Assembly (NCBI GenBank): GCA_037310415.1
Contig: CP147780.1
Location: 256,001-320,000, forward strand
DNA: 64,000 nucleotides
Direction of reading: 5' to 3'
DNA from: Candidatus Atabeyarchaeum deiterrae
Lineage (GTDB): Archaea > Asgardarchaeota > Atabeyarchaeia > Atabeyarchaeales > Atabeyarchaeaceae
Shown: positions 39,347 to 50,053 of the stretch, one piece after another
Numbering within the stretch: the first letter of the stretch is position 1
How the letters are laid out: the number at the start of each line of letters is the position of its first letter
Notes under the pieces: generated by a model
The model's input: only the letters and a program-made list of their open reading frames with translations
What the model was told of the DNA's origin: nothing
Database searches by the model: none
Made by a program: the position numbers and the translations under genes

Positions 39347-40095
39347 TTAACAATATGCGCTTCTGGAACAAGTACCCATGCGCTCCAAGCGGAAGAAAAA
39401 ACAAAGAAAAACTGAGGAAACTACAAGAGGAGCGGTACTCAACATATTACTGGCTTGAACCATTCGTAAAATTCGATGGGTGGAGTGGGCGCGATGTTTT
39501 GGAGATAGGAAGTGGAATAGGAATCGACTCCTCAACATTCTTGGGTTCCGGTGGAAGAGTTGTCTCCCTAGACCTATCATCAAACAGCCTTCGTTTAGCA
39601 AAGACCATGTTTGATGGTAATTTCATCAACGCCTCAGCTCTCAATCTAAAGAACTTGTTTAGAAGGAAATTCGACCTAGTTTACTCCTTCGGGGTCTTAC
39701 ACCATATTCCGAATATCGAGGCAGTCATTGACCAAATCCATAGAATCTTGAAGGATGGCGGAGAAATAATCATTATGTTATATAACAAGAACTCACTGAA
39801 TTACTTCAAGAAGTTTCTTGTTAACGGACTACTTAGAGGATGGCTATCAAAAAGCAAGTCTGCTAGTGAACTAATAAAAAACACTGAAAGAGGAGCATCT
39901 GACGAGTTGAGACCATACATGTCCTGTTACACAGTCAAGCAAGTCAGAAAGCTATTCTCCAAATTCCGCAACTTGAAAACGGAGATTCATCTTCTCGCTC
40001 CATCTGATTTCCCGATCTTCAAGATCCCCGGAATATTGCTAAAATCACTGGAGTCCAAGTTGGGATGGTTCATACTTGCACGGGGTATGAAATAG
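39316..40095 (+). CDS. Class I SAM-dependent methyltransferase
   Basis: VLEIGSGIG-D, FDLVYSFGVLHH-P, IHRILKDGG. Confidence 0.9.
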   Translation: MGSKSSTEFLINNMRFWNKYPCAPSGRKNKEKLRKLQEERYSTYYWLEPFVKFDGWSGRDVLEIGSGIGIDSSTFLGSGGRVVSLDLSSNSLRLAKTMFDGNFINASALNLKNLFRRKFDLVYSFGVLHHIPNIEAVIDQIHRILKDGGEIIIMLYNKNSLNYFKKFLVNGLLRGWLSKSKSASELIKNTERGASDELRPYMSCYTVKQVRKLFSKFRNLKTEIHLLAPSDFPIFKIPGILLKSLESKLGWFILARGMK

Positions 40096-40200
40096 AACAA
40101 CATGTAGTTCAGGAGAAATTGCCAGACTAATAGGGGCAGCGCGAAAAAGGTTATTAAGAACGCATGAGATACTGTGAAAAAAGCTATGTGGTGAGAATGC

Positions 40201-41352
40201 TTGAGGAAGATCGGCGTTATTGGTCTTGGTAAGCTCGGGCTTTGCCTGGCTGCATTGTTTGCCAAGAAGTTCAAAGTGTGTGGGATGGACATAAGCGCTG
40301 AGAGAATCAAACAAGTATCTCGTGGAGAGGATCTTTTCGAACCCAGTCTAAATGAATATCTGGACAAGTACCGCAACAATTTATCCTTCTCTACTGATTT
40401 CGAATCTCTCAAGGACTGCGACCCAGTTTTCATTATCACACAGACTCCTTCACTAGCTAGCGGGAAATTCGATCTTCAGTATGTGGAATCTGCATTGAGG
40501 GGGGTACATGATGTCAACGGCTCCTGCCTGGCTGTCGTCTCCAGCACAATCAATGTTGGCGACGCAGGAAAACTCAAGGTCATACACGAGAAGATCGCCT
40601 ATAATCCGGAATTCATAAAACAGGGCTCGGTAATACACGACTTCGAAGATCCAAAATTAGTCTTAGTGGGAGCTTACACGAAGAGTGCAGGAGAGCTTCT
40701 TGCGAGTATTTGGAAGGAAATCCATAACAAACCAGTTTACATTGTGAAGCCCGTTGAAGCTGAGATAGTGAAGCTCTCGTTGAACGTGAGTTTTGTGCTG
40801 GGCATAACGTTCGCCAATATCATAGGAGAACTCTGTGAGAAGTTTAAAGCGGATCCAAACAGAGTTCTCGACGTGATCTATCAAGACCGGCGGAACTATA
40901 AACCCGGTCTAGGTTTTGCTGGTCCATGCTTCCCCAGAGATGTTGGTTGTTTCAGAGCAACTGCCAAGCAAGAGAATATAAGAAGCGCATATGACTTCTC
41001 GAACCTCCTTGAAGAGTTAAATCGGAAAACTGTCGAGAAGTGTGTTGACAGAGTGAAGCAGCATAAGAAGAAGAAGATCGCCATTCTAGGAGTAGCTTAC
41101 AAAAGCAATGTACCCTATATCTACGAATCCCAGCCAATTATGATCGCACGGAAACTGCTTGAAGAGAATTACGAGGTCTACATACATGACTTGCTGGCTG
41201 AGGAAAACGCCCGCCAAGAGCTCAAAGGATCCAATGTCCACTTCTGCGTTAGTGTGGAAGAGTGCATCAGGCTATCAGAATTGATCTTCATAGGGACGCC
41301 AAACTTCTCGAACGTAAAGACAAACAAGCCGATAGTTGATCCTTGGAAGTGA
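40201..41352 (+). CDS. UDP-glucose/GDP-mannose dehydrogenase family
   Basis: IGVIGLGKLG, QTPS, YNPEFI-QG, AE-VKL--N, GFAGPCFPRD, LGVAYK. Confidence 0.93.
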   Translation: MRKIGVIGLGKLGLCLAALFAKKFKVCGMDISAERIKQVSRGEDLFEPSLNEYLDKYRNNLSFSTDFESLKDCDPVFIITQTPSLASGKFDLQYVESALRGVHDVNGSCLAVVSSTINVGDAGKLKVIHEKIAYNPEFIKQGSVIHDFEDPKLVLVGAYTKSAGELLASIWKEIHNKPVYIVKPVEAEIVKLSLNVSFVLGITFANIIGELCEKFKADPNRVLDVIYQDRRNYKPGLGFAGPCFPRDVGCFRATAKQENIRSAYDFSNLLEELNRKTVEKCVDRVKQHKKKKIAILGVAYKSNVPYIYESQPIMIARKLLEENYEVYIHDLLAEENARQELKGSNVHFCVSVEECIRLSELIFIGTPNFSNVKTNKPIVDPWK

Positions 41353-41433
41353 GGATACAACGATCTCGTCTTGGTAATAGACCTAAGGTAAGACTCTTTC
41401 CTCAAGACTCTGTCATTTCTTGTTCAATTCTGT

Positions 41434-42315
41434 ATGAGAAGAGTGAGGAACTTGCCATCTCTAAAAGGTTATCTTAGTCACTGCGTACTGATTTGCAACT
41501 GCATTATGATTGGCAACAACTTACTTGACAAGCTGAAAATCCTTCTCTATGGTATGTTAGATTCGATTCCGAGGGCGATCAGGAAAAGAAGTAGAATCAT
41601 TGAAAGCGTCATTGCGCGCTCCGCAGAAATCCTCAAAGGTGTAACTATTGAGACGAAAGGACTCAAGTATGCCTTGGTAGATGAAGATTCGTTATACTTT
41701 TTCACACCAGTTTTTGAGCCTTGGATGGAAAACTACCTCAAACCGAAAAGAGGAGATATTTTCCTAGATGTTGGAGCGCATATAGGTCGATACGCAATAC
41801 AAGTTGCCAAAAGTGTTGGTCGTGAAGGACTGGTTGTCGCCGTGGAACCTTTTCCAGGGAACTATGTAATCCTGAAACATAACATTGACCTGAATTCCTT
41901 AGATAACGTTATAACATCAAGAGTTGCCGCATGGAAAGAGGAACGTAACACGATGAAATTGTACATCGGTCCGAGACGCGGATACAACACACTCAAACAT
42001 GACACAGGTCTAGGATATGTCAATGTTAGGGGAAAACGATTAGATAACATCCTAAAAGAGCTAAGCATAAGACATTTAGATTGGATCAAGATCGATGTCG
42101 AAGGGGCAGAACACGAGGTTCTTCAAGGCCTTATGAATACGCTGCAAACAAACAGGCATGTGAGGGTTATAGCGGAAGTTGCGGAGGCTAATAGGCCTAA
42201 TGTCTTTAGTTTCATGAGACAGATGGGATACGAGGTCTTCAATATGGTAAATGCCAAGGATAACTACTATTTCAAAAAAGAGGCGAGGTCCCCAGTGGGG
42301 AAAACACATGACTGA
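41434..42315 (+). CDS. FkbM-family methyltransferase
   Basis: FLDVGAHIG-Y, VAVEPFP-N, WIKIDVEGAE. Confidence 0.9.
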   Translation: MRRVRNLPSLKGYLSHCVLICNCIMIGNNLLDKLKILLYGMLDSIPRAIRKRSRIIESVIARSAEILKGVTIETKGLKYALVDEDSLYFFTPVFEPWMENYLKPKRGDIFLDVGAHIGRYAIQVAKSVGREGLVVAVEPFPGNYVILKHNIDLNSLDNVITSRVAAWKEERNTMKLYIGPRRGYNTLKHDTGLGYVNVRGKRLDNILKELSIRHLDWIKIDVEGAEHEVLQGLMNTLQTNRHVRVIAEVAEANRPNVFSFMRQMGYEVFNMVNAKDNYYFKKEARSPVGKTHD

Positions 42316-42930
42316 CGTAAGAAATTTAGTGTTCAGATTGGCAGCTCTGATTCATTCCTACAGATTACTCAACTTGCTGCCGCACGAGAAGGCGGTCAAA
42401 AAGTATGACGCGCATACGCGGTTCTCTCTTCGTTGATGTGGGTGCGCATTTAGGATTCTACACTTTTGCTATGCACGAAAACTTTGAGAGTAATTGCGGT
42501 TGAGCCGCACCCTCACAATATCAGCGCCATAATGAAGGCAATGAGAAACTTCAGAACGAACAATGCGAAGTGCGTACCTGAGGCTGTTGGAGATGCCAAT
42601 GGCTTCTCAAAGCTGTTTTTGGCTGGTGAGCATGGCGGTGCTGCAATAGACAGCTGGAATCGGAAAGGCGAACACACTGTGGTCAAGACCGCGACTCTTG
42701 ACACTCTGCTCTCGCGAGAACAGGAGATAAGTCTGATAAAAGTGGACGTTGAGGGACCCAAATTCGAGGTACTCAAAGGCACGCGAAGATCGATGAACAA
42801 CATTAGAAGTTGGATCATTGAACTTCATAATCCGCAAGCTAGAAACGAGTTGGAAGAATTAATGTTCTGCAGGATACTCGTTGGAGTTGATTGACAGGAA
42901 CCATCTGTTCGCTTGGAGAGGCAGACGAAT
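42308..42930 (+). pseudogene. Frameshifted FkbM methyltransferase, paralog of the domain fused to the flippase
   Basis: MTDVRNLVFRLAALIHSYRLLNLLPHE matches MFDLREVMFKFATVIHSYRILWLLPHE; frame breaks near 42400, 42488 and 42865; ends in NHLFAWRGRR. Confidence 0.8.
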
Positions 42931-42974
42931 TTTGAAAACTCAGCAGCTTTTCTTCCAACAGTCGAATTTCGTGC

Positions 42975-43832
42975 TTACCGATTTCTACTTCCGATAATAG
43001 ATGAGCGTAGCTCTGCCAAAAGCAAACCTATGTAATCTCTGTAAAGCACCTTAACCTCGTCTTCCCGAAAATGTCTCTTTTCGCCGTGCAACTTGGCATA
43101 TATCCAACCAATGACCTCGAAAAGGTATCTCTTATTGGGACTTCTTAGTTTGAGCAGAGAATGCAGAAGAGGATATCCTAATTTGTAGTAGTAGATCCCG
43201 TTGAGAAGTGGATTATCGGTAGTTGTACCAGTTGGCCTGCCTTCAAAAGCAGCCAAGGGAAAAGTCTGCGTTTTAAGCCCTGATATTGCCGCCATTCGCT
43301 CCAGCAGAACTTCTCCGTGTATTGAGTTATAACCGATCTTGCACCTTGCGTAGAAGCGCCTTCTGATTATGTGATTGCTGCTCCTAACGTGTTCTCCCCG
43401 AGCTGCTTCTAAGCCAGTAGGGGTTTTTAGGAATCTTGCTCCAGCCATTACCAGCCTCGGATTCTTCTCCATTTCTCCTATGATGACTTCGCAGTAGTTT
43501 GATGGTAGCCACGCATCACCATCCAAGAGTAAGCAGAATTCCCAATCTCGTACTAGCTCAGTGACTTTTCTGATTCCGACTTCTGTGACAAGATGTGGTC
43601 TTATCCCGTGGACTTTAGTACCTCTCTCAAGATTCGATGAGATCACCATTATCCTCTTGCCAAAGTTTTTGGCTATCTCTCTTGTTCTATCGTCTGACCA
43701 GTCGTCAACTATAAGGTGCAGGATGACTGGATAACTCTGATTAAGGACAGATGTAATACACTTGGCGATGTACCTCTCCTCATTCCTAGCAGGCGTAACA
43801 GCGACCAGCTTAGATCTCATAGTCATGCACAT
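42975..43832 (-). CDS. Glycosyltransferase family 2 (start probably ATG 43820)
   Basis: VTPARNEE--I--CI-SVLNQ, VDDWSDD-T, LDGD. Confidence 0.9.
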   Translation of the reverse strand: MCMTMRSKLVAVTPARNEERYIAKCITSVLNQSYPVILHLIVDDWSDDRTREIAKNFGKRIMVISSNLERGTKVHGIRPHLVTEVGIRKVTELVRDWEFCLLLDGDAWLPSNYCEVIIGEMEKNPRLVMAGARFLKTPTGLEAARGEHVRSSNHIIRRRFYARCKIGYNSIHGEVLLERMAAISGLKTQTFPLAAFEGRPTGTTTDNPLLNGIYYYKLGYPLLHSLLKLRSPNKRYLFEVIGWIYAKLHGEKRHFREDEVKVLYRDYIGLLLAELRSSIIGSRNR

Positions 43833-44385
43833 GTCTCACCACGGGCATTATCCTGATTCCTTTTGGAACACCGTATTTCTCAGTCATTTCCGGAATGTAC
43901 CTACATCTGATGTGAACATTTGTTAACCCGAGTCGCTTGCATGCAGTAAATGTGCCAGAATCGTAACTCCAGTGTCCACTCGTGAAATCCTTCGTCTCTA
44001 TTCCAAGATGATTAAGGTAACTCAGACCAGTTTTTATTCGCTCATATTGTCGAGCGGTATTTGGCAATGGCAATGGTGGTGAATACAAATCATCACAAAT
44101 GTGAACGTGCAGCCCAACTTGGTTTGGGAAAGACGTAATCAGCCACTTGTATAGTTCGAGAACCCTCTCAGTCGGCTTTGCAGGAGAAAAACATAACATT
44201 AACCTTGTTTCTGAGTGACGTCGCAGCCACATGGAGAGTCTCCTGTAGGTTCGCTCTACTTGTTCTATATGTATTTCTTCTCTGGGTAGAAGTTCAATTG
44301 CAATCCTTGTTCGGATAGATCCAGGTAGCTTCTTATATAGTCTTAACACCTCGACACCGCGCCTCCAGATACCCAACCAGCACAT
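43810..44385 (-). CDS. Polysaccharide deacetylase-like protein (start probably ~44352)
   Basis: IHIE, QVGLHVH, Q---I--G---L, DFTSGHWSY, HDYE. Confidence 0.6.
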   Translation of the reverse strand: MCWLGIWRRGVEVLRLYKKLPGSIRTRIAIELLPREEIHIEQVERTYRRLSMWLRRHSETRLMLCFSPAKPTERVLELYKWLITSFPNQVGLHVHICDDLYSPPLPLPNTARQYERIKTGLSYLNHLGIETKDFTSGHWSYDSGTFTACKRLGLTNVHIRCRYIPEMTEKYGVPKGIRIMPVVRHVHDYEI

Positions 44386-45088
44386 AGGGTCTATAGTACA
44401 AGAAACTGCTAATTATAGCTCTCCAAACGGGAATTCTCCTAGTCTTCCAAGAGATCAACCATCCCATCAAAAACTGGTATTTCTTGTTTTCCTTTGGGCG
44501 AAGCACCACATTCTTAACGTTTGGGACAAAGATATCATTGTATTTCTCAGTCAAGGCGGCGTGAAGATGTGTGTCTTCCCATGTTGGAATCTTTTTGAGC
44601 GACTCCTCATCTTCCGTCTCAAGCCAAGCGGACCTTGAGAATAAATATAGACCTGTGAAACTCTTGTGTGGATAGAGTCTTTGAATCAAATATGCTATAG
44701 CTCCATGCCAAGTCAAACTGAATTTGGCGAAACTAACAATTTTGACGTTGCCTTCAAGTAGATGGAAGTGTTCCCTTAGCTTTGGGTCTATCATAGTGTC
44801 TATGTCCCCAGTTAGTATGACATCATTTCTTGCAGCCCTGAAACCTATTCTCCTAACCCAAGCTTGATGAAAACGATAATCAGGGTTCCTTTCAACCTCA
44901 AGAATCCGTGTGATATTCTCTTTGCCGAGTCCGACTGCAACTCTATGAATCGTTGTCACTACATCTCTTGGAGCAGGCTTATCGAGGCACAAGATGACTT
45001 CGTCTGGGTGAATAGAATAATAGGAAGGCAGAGTTATGAGAGCCAAATCAACCTCGTCTTTAATTGGGCAGACGATCGAGAACTTCAT
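44333..45088 (-). CDS. GT-A fold glycosyltransferase (paralog A)
   Basis: MKFSIVCPIKDE, R--GF--ARND-IL-GDID, FTGLY, WED. Confidence 0.8.
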   Translation of the reverse strand: MKFSIVCPIKDEVDLALITLPSYYSIHPDEVILCLDKPAPRDVVTTIHRVAVGLGKENITRILEVERNPDYRFHQAWVRRIGFRAARNDVILTGDIDTMIDPKLREHFHLLEGNVKIVSFAKFSLTWHGAIAYLIQRLYPHKSFTGLYLFSRSAWLETEDEESLKKIPTWEDTHLHAALTEKYNDIFVPNVKNVVLRPKENKKYQFLMGWLISWKTRRIPVWRAIISSFLYYRPYVLVGYLEARCRGVKTI

Positions 45089-45469
45089 CCTATTTTGCGC
45101 CTCTCTTCACCTTCACTTTCTTTGTTTTTATTCTTATCTCCTGCTTCCCGGTCATGCCCCATGTTCTCTCGGCGACCACGGAGAACCACCCCCAACTGGG
45201 AAACACACAGCCCTTTCGTCAACCAAGACTTCAGGATCATGACAATTTGCGGTATCAATTGCAGATAAGGAAGACTTTCACCCACCGTAAAAGTATCCAC
45301 CACCGCCTGCGCGCTGTCAAGTTGCTCTCCAAGTCATTCAAGTTCTGACTCTTTGACATGGTGCTGAACTTTAGAATTCCGTTGAAAGTGATTTATAGAT
45401 ATCCTGCTGCATCGGCTGCGATGGCAGTAGTATTGTTCTTCTCTCAGCGACATGCTGCAAATGTCCCAT

Positions 45470-45516
45470 CTATTCAACTTTCCCCATTCCTAGCAGGTCT
45501 AACAGCGACGAGCTCA
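45470..45516 (-). pseudogene. Remnant of the 5' end of the 42975-43832 GT2
   Basis: ELVAVRPARNGES* vs KLVAVTPARNEERY; shared CATTCCTAGCAGG--TAACAGCGAC. Confidence 0.6.
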
Positions 45517-46272
45517 GGTGTCCCACAGAGGCTTGGCATGTCGACACCTCGCATCCAGATATCCGACTAGCATGTAGGGACGGTAGTAAAGGAGACCGCT
45601 TGTCACAGCTCGCCAGATCGGTGTCCTTGTCCTCCAACGATTCCATCCCATCATGAATTGGTATCTTATGCTTTCCTTTGGACGGACTACCATATTCTTG
45701 ACATTTGCCACAAAGACGTCTCTATACAGCTTAGTCAAGGAATCATGCAGATGAGTGTCTTCTCCTCTCGGAATCTTCCTGACGCTAGATTCGTCTTCAG
45801 TTTCAAGCCAAGCGGACCTTGAGAATAAGTACAGACCTGTGAAACTCCTTTGGGTGTAGAATCTTTGAACCAAGTATGCCAAGGCACCATGCCAAGTTGC
45901 GCTAAACTTCGCGAAGCTTACAATTTTTACGTCGCCGCGAAGAAGCTTGAAGAATTCTTTCATTTTGGGGTCTAATACTATATCTATGTCTGAAGTCAAA
46001 ATAGCATCATTTCTCGCGGATCTGAACCCTGATCTACGGACCCATGCCTGATGAAAACGATAGTTAGGGTTTCTTTCGACCTCAAGAATCCGTGTGACAT
46101 TTCTCACTTCAAGCTTGTTCACTATATTCTCAATAACGGCCACAACGTTTCTTGGGGCAGGTTTGTCTAAGCATAGAATAACTTCATCTGGCTCAACTGA
46201 ATAGAAGGAAGGCAGAGTTCTTGGAATCAAATCTACTTCGTCTTTTATTGGACAAACGATCGAGAACTTCAT
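45514..46272 (-). CDS. GT-A fold glycosyltransferase (paralog B)
   Basis: Near-colinear close paralog of 44333-45088 (identical MKFSIVCPIKDEVDL start). Confidence 0.8.
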   Translation of the reverse strand: MKFSIVCPIKDEVDLIPRTLPSFYSVEPDEVILCLDKPAPRNVVAVIENIVNKLEVRNVTRILEVERNPNYRFHQAWVRRSGFRSARNDAILTSDIDIVLDPKMKEFFKLLRGDVKIVSFAKFSATWHGALAYLVQRFYTQRSFTGLYLFSRSAWLETEDESSVRKIPRGEDTHLHDSLTKLYRDVFVANVKNMVVRPKESIRYQFMMGWNRWRTRTPIWRAVTSGLLYYRPYMLVGYLDARCRHAKPLWDT

Positions 46273-47240
46273 TTCCTGCCGCGCCCCTGCTCAACCATCT
46301 TTTTGACCCATTGATAGAGCTGCTCCATACCTTGCTTATAGCTTACCTTTGGTCTCCATCCCAATACTCTGTCTACTAGCGTCAAGTCTGCGTTTCTCCC
46401 GCGAACACCTTGAGGCTGAGTCGGATCGTGCACTTTCTTTAGTTTCTTGCCAGCGATCCCCATTATCATGTCTGCAAGTTGATTGATTGAGATGAGTTCA
46501 TCGCTTCCTATGTTCAGCGGCTCGCTGTAGTCGCCCTCCATCAGTTTATAGATGGCGTCCAAGCAGTCATCTATGTAGAGAAACGACCGTGTCTGTTCTC
46601 CGTCTCCCCATATGTCTATTGTCCCACTATCCTGTGTCTGCGCGACCTTTCTGCACAAAGCTGCCGGTGCCTTCTCTCTTCCACCGTCGTAGGTCGTGTA
46701 AGGCCCATAGATGTTGTGGAAACGAGCTATCCTGACTTGCGTGCCATAATCCTTGCGATAACCTTCATACAGTTTTTCCGAGAAAAGCTTCTCCCATCCA
46801 TAGAATGAGTCAGGCATGGCTGGGACCGCATGCTCTTCCTTCAAAGGTTCAACCAAAGGTTTCTCTTGTAGATATGCAGGATATATGCAGGCCGAACTAC
46901 TGAAGAAGATTCTCTGGACCTTGTTTTGTCTTGACGCTTCGACCATGTTGATGTTTATGAGACCATTGTCTCTCATGATTTCGGCGCCGATTCGCATTAT
47001 GAATCCAATGCCGCCCATGTTGGCTGCTAAGTTGAAAACCCAATCGATTCCTTTTGTCGCCTTCATACAATTCTTCGGATCTCTGAGATCAAGCTGTTGC
47101 ACTTCGTCTGCTTTTAGAGGAAGGTAGCATTCCTTAACCGATCTAATATCCGCAACTCTTACCCAGTGTCCCCTCTCTTTCAAGAAGTTTGCCAAGTGAC
47201 TCCCGATAAAACCGCATCCACCTGTAACCAGACTTCTCAT
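46269..47240 (-). CDS. NAD-dependent epimerase, GDP-mannose 3,5-epimerase-like
   Basis: TGGCGFIG, LAANMGGIGFI, SSSACIYP, YGWEK, REKAPAALCRK, QGVRGRN. Confidence 0.9.
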   Translation of the reverse strand: MRSLVTGGCGFIGSHLANFLKERGHWVRVADIRSVKECYLPLKADEVQQLDLRDPKNCMKATKGIDWVFNLAANMGGIGFIMRIGAEIMRDNGLININMVEASRQNKVQRIFFSSSACIYPAYLQEKPLVEPLKEEHAVPAMPDSFYGWEKLFSEKLYEGYRKDYGTQVRIARFHNIYGPYTTYDGGREKAPAALCRKVAQTQDSGTIDIWGDGEQTRSFLYIDDCLDAIYKLMEGDYSEPLNIGSDELISINQLADMIMGIAGKKLKKVHDPTQPQGVRGRNADLTLVDRVLGWRPKVSYKQGMEQLYQWVKKMVEQGRGRK

Positions 47241-47680
47241 GCCTTTTCCTCCTTACAATCCTGTTAAGTATCCCTGCAACATGATGGGAAAACCCAATTC
47301 ATCCACTCTTATTCTCTGATAAGAGCGAAATCTCCCAGCATGGCATGTTTAGATATGATTAGATTTCTCCAAGAGTTATTCAGGCGCGAATTACTATCCT
47401 CTGCAAGACTGTGATTCGTCCTTTGTTTTGTAATAGAAACCTCGTGTTTTTATGTCTTTTCTTCATTCCCATTGACCAATGTCCGCTTATCGTGCAGGAA
47501 CATACAGCTTTTCTCTAGGTATTCCAGAGATGATAAGGTTGACGATAATCCTAGCATACGAGTAATTGGAGGATCTGTGTCAGAGAAATTTTGAAATAAG
47601 TGATTAGCTTAATACGACTGCCGTAAGGTAATTCATAAAGAGGCGGCGATACAATATCTCCATGTATTAGGTGACGAAAC

Positions 47681-49927
47681 ATGTCAATAGACAGGCTCAG
47701 TGAGATCCCTGGTGTAGGGGCGAAGATTGCCGAGAAACTTGTTGAATCGCTGGGAAATGAGGAAGAGGCTCTAAAGGCCATAACTAACGCGGATGTTGCG
47801 ACGATTGCTGCCATACCAGGCATAGGTCACGCCAAGGCAGTAAGGATAGTCAGGTCTTTCTACGAGACTAAAGAGGGCGCGACTCTCGAACAAGTCATGA
47901 GAACGCCCGACACCATTGAGATCTACGAGCATATTATGGATATAATTCGATCATATGCAAAAACTGACTATGCTCAAGACAAACTCTCGCTCTATTTTCC
48001 GCTACCATCAGGCAAGATTGAAGTCATGGAGAAAAGAGCAGCAAGATTCAGTGAGGCAAAGTCCCTAGTTGAGAAACTCGGTTCCGAGAAAGCCGAAGAG
48101 ATCTCCAAGCATCTAACCAAAGTACATAATCTCAAAAGGTGGGGTGACAAGAAACGCCTGAAGGGCAGAATCGTGCTAACTGATAGTGAAGACGTGCTCA
48201 AGGAATTGGAGAAGAATAACGTGTCTCGGTACTGCGAAGTGAGACAGTTAGCAGGAGAGAGAAGTTCACTCTACGACGAATCCCCTTCATTCACTAGGCA
48301 AACGGGGGAAGAAGAAAGTGGGGCACGCCCTGAAGGGGGTATTGTTGAATTTGCCAAGGGTTACGACGTTGTCATTTTCGTCTCCTCTGGAGTGCCAAGC
48401 TCCTCCATTGAGCAGCTTGAAAACGTCGAACTCATCAATAAGGAATGGACAATTGACCAAGTTGTGCCAGAAAGTGTAATTGATTTTTACTCTGTAAACA
48501 TAGACGTGATAAGAGCAGTGTGTGATCTTTGTGAAATCTTCAGGAGCTTCCCTGATGAGTCTGCTATGAGAGAGTTCAAGTCAAAGCTCGACACGAAAGC
48601 ACTACAGGAAATCAACTCTCTAATTAGGCTACTTACGGAGAAAGGAGAGGTTGTTGAGGATGCCTACCCAGAACTAGGCAGGCTGAGGAAAGCGATAAAG
48701 AACTTCAACGCCGTCATTAATGACACGGAAGCGTGGGTTAACGAAGAGATCAGAAAACGGGTTGGAGAAAGCAGCGTAACCATACGTGGCGAACAGATAA
48801 TCAACATCCTCAAGGCCGCAAGCGATGAGGCAATACCTCCAGAAGAACTGAATCGTTATCTACCATCCGCAGTTGTAGATACGATAATGGATGCGGTCAC
48901 CAAAGGAGAAGAGAACATAGTCACCAAGCTAAGCCTGAAGGGTGACGAGGAAGCGTTAGTGGAAGGAGTCATACCGAGAAAAGTTGGGCTGCCAATTGAC
49001 ATCGACAGAAGAAAGGTGAAAGACCTCGAAGATCTTCTGAAGAGAGAATACGCTATTAGCGAATACAGGGAACTCAAGAACTTGGCCAGTAAACTCGTAA
49101 AATACGAGAACATTGTCCAGCAAGCCACGCAGGCTTTACTGGAATTCGACTTGTTCTTCGCTGTGGGTAGATTTGGGAAGGACTACGGTCTAATGCCTCC
49201 CAAATTGCTGAAGGACAAAGTGGGAGTTGGATTCAACGGCGCGGTGAACCTCTTTCTCAGAGAAGAGGAATTCAAGAAAAGGATGAATGTGAGACCCATA
49301 AACTACGTTGTTGGCAATGTGCCTGTCAAGATTCAGAATGCGACTACCAAGGGAGAACGAGTCGTTCTGCTAAGTGGTGCCAATTCAGGGGGAAAAACCT
49401 GCTGCATCCAGACGATTGCGCACATAATGATAATGAGCCAAATGGGTTTGCCGGTTCCAGCCGATGATGCCTGCATTGGGCTGTGCGATGAGCTATACTT
49501 CATCTCAAAGTCCAAGGGCGTCGCTGACGCTGGCGCATTTGAGACAACATTAAGAACATTCGCAAGAGTGATCCAAAGCCCGAATAGAAAGATGATCCTG
49601 GTGGACGAACTTGAAAGTATCACCGAGCCAGGAGCGGCCGCCAAGGTCATCGGTGGAATACTTGAGAAGCTTGCAGAGAATCAGAATACTTGTGCCGTAT
49701 TTGTAAGCCACCTTGCAGAGGAGATCTCTAAGGCAGTAAAGACGGCGATAAGGATAGATGGGATTGAGGCCAGAGGCTTGGATCAGAATCTGAACTTGGT
49801 CGTCGACAGGAACCCAATCATAAACCATCTCGCAAAAAGCATGCCACAATTGATAATAACTAGATTAAGAGAGCTAACCAAAGGTGACGAGAGAGAAACC
49901 TATGAACACATCCTCAGAAAGTTCTGA
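47681..49927 (+). CDS. MutS-family ATPase with N-terminal HhH (archaeal MutS5-like)
   Basis: IPGVGAK / IPGIG HhH motifs, LSGANSGGKT, AGAFE, LVDELESITEPGAA, VSHL; no Smr domain. Confidence 0.88.
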   Translation: MSIDRLSEIPGVGAKIAEKLVESLGNEEEALKAITNADVATIAAIPGIGHAKAVRIVRSFYETKEGATLEQVMRTPDTIEIYEHIMDIIRSYAKTDYAQDKLSLYFPLPSGKIEVMEKRAARFSEAKSLVEKLGSEKAEEISKHLTKVHNLKRWGDKKRLKGRIVLTDSEDVLKELEKNNVSRYCEVRQLAGERSSLYDESPSFTRQTGEEESGARPEGGIVEFAKGYDVVIFVSSGVPSSSIEQLENVELINKEWTIDQVVPESVIDFYSVNIDVIRAVCDLCEIFRSFPDESAMREFKSKLDTKALQEINSLIRLLTEKGEVVEDAYPELGRLRKAIKNFNAVINDTEAWVNEEIRKRVGESSVTIRGEQIINILKAASDEAIPPEELNRYLPSAVVDTIMDAVTKGEENIVTKLSLKGDEEALVEGVIPRKVGLPIDIDRRKVKDLEDLLKREYAISEYRELKNLASKLVKYENIVQQATQALLEFDLFFAVGRFGKDYGLMPPKLLKDKVGVGFNGAVNLFLREEEFKKRMNVRPINYVVGNVPVKIQNATTKGERVVLLSGANSGGKTCCIQTIAHIMIMSQMGLPVPADDACIGLCDELYFISKSKGVADAGAFETTLRTFARVIQSPNRKMILVDELESITEPGAAAKVIGGILEKLAENQNTCAVFVSHLAEEISKAVKTAIRIDGIEARGLDQNLNLVVDRNPIINHLAKSMPQLIITRLRELTKGDERETYEHILRKF

Positions 49928-50053
49928 GGAAAAACCTTTTTTCTTTGACACGGAAAAGTTGGACTATGACGAGAGATTGGAAATGGGTACTGAGTCATGG
50001 GCATAGAAGCGCCCACTACCTACAAATAAACTCTATAGCCAACAGGAGGTCAA

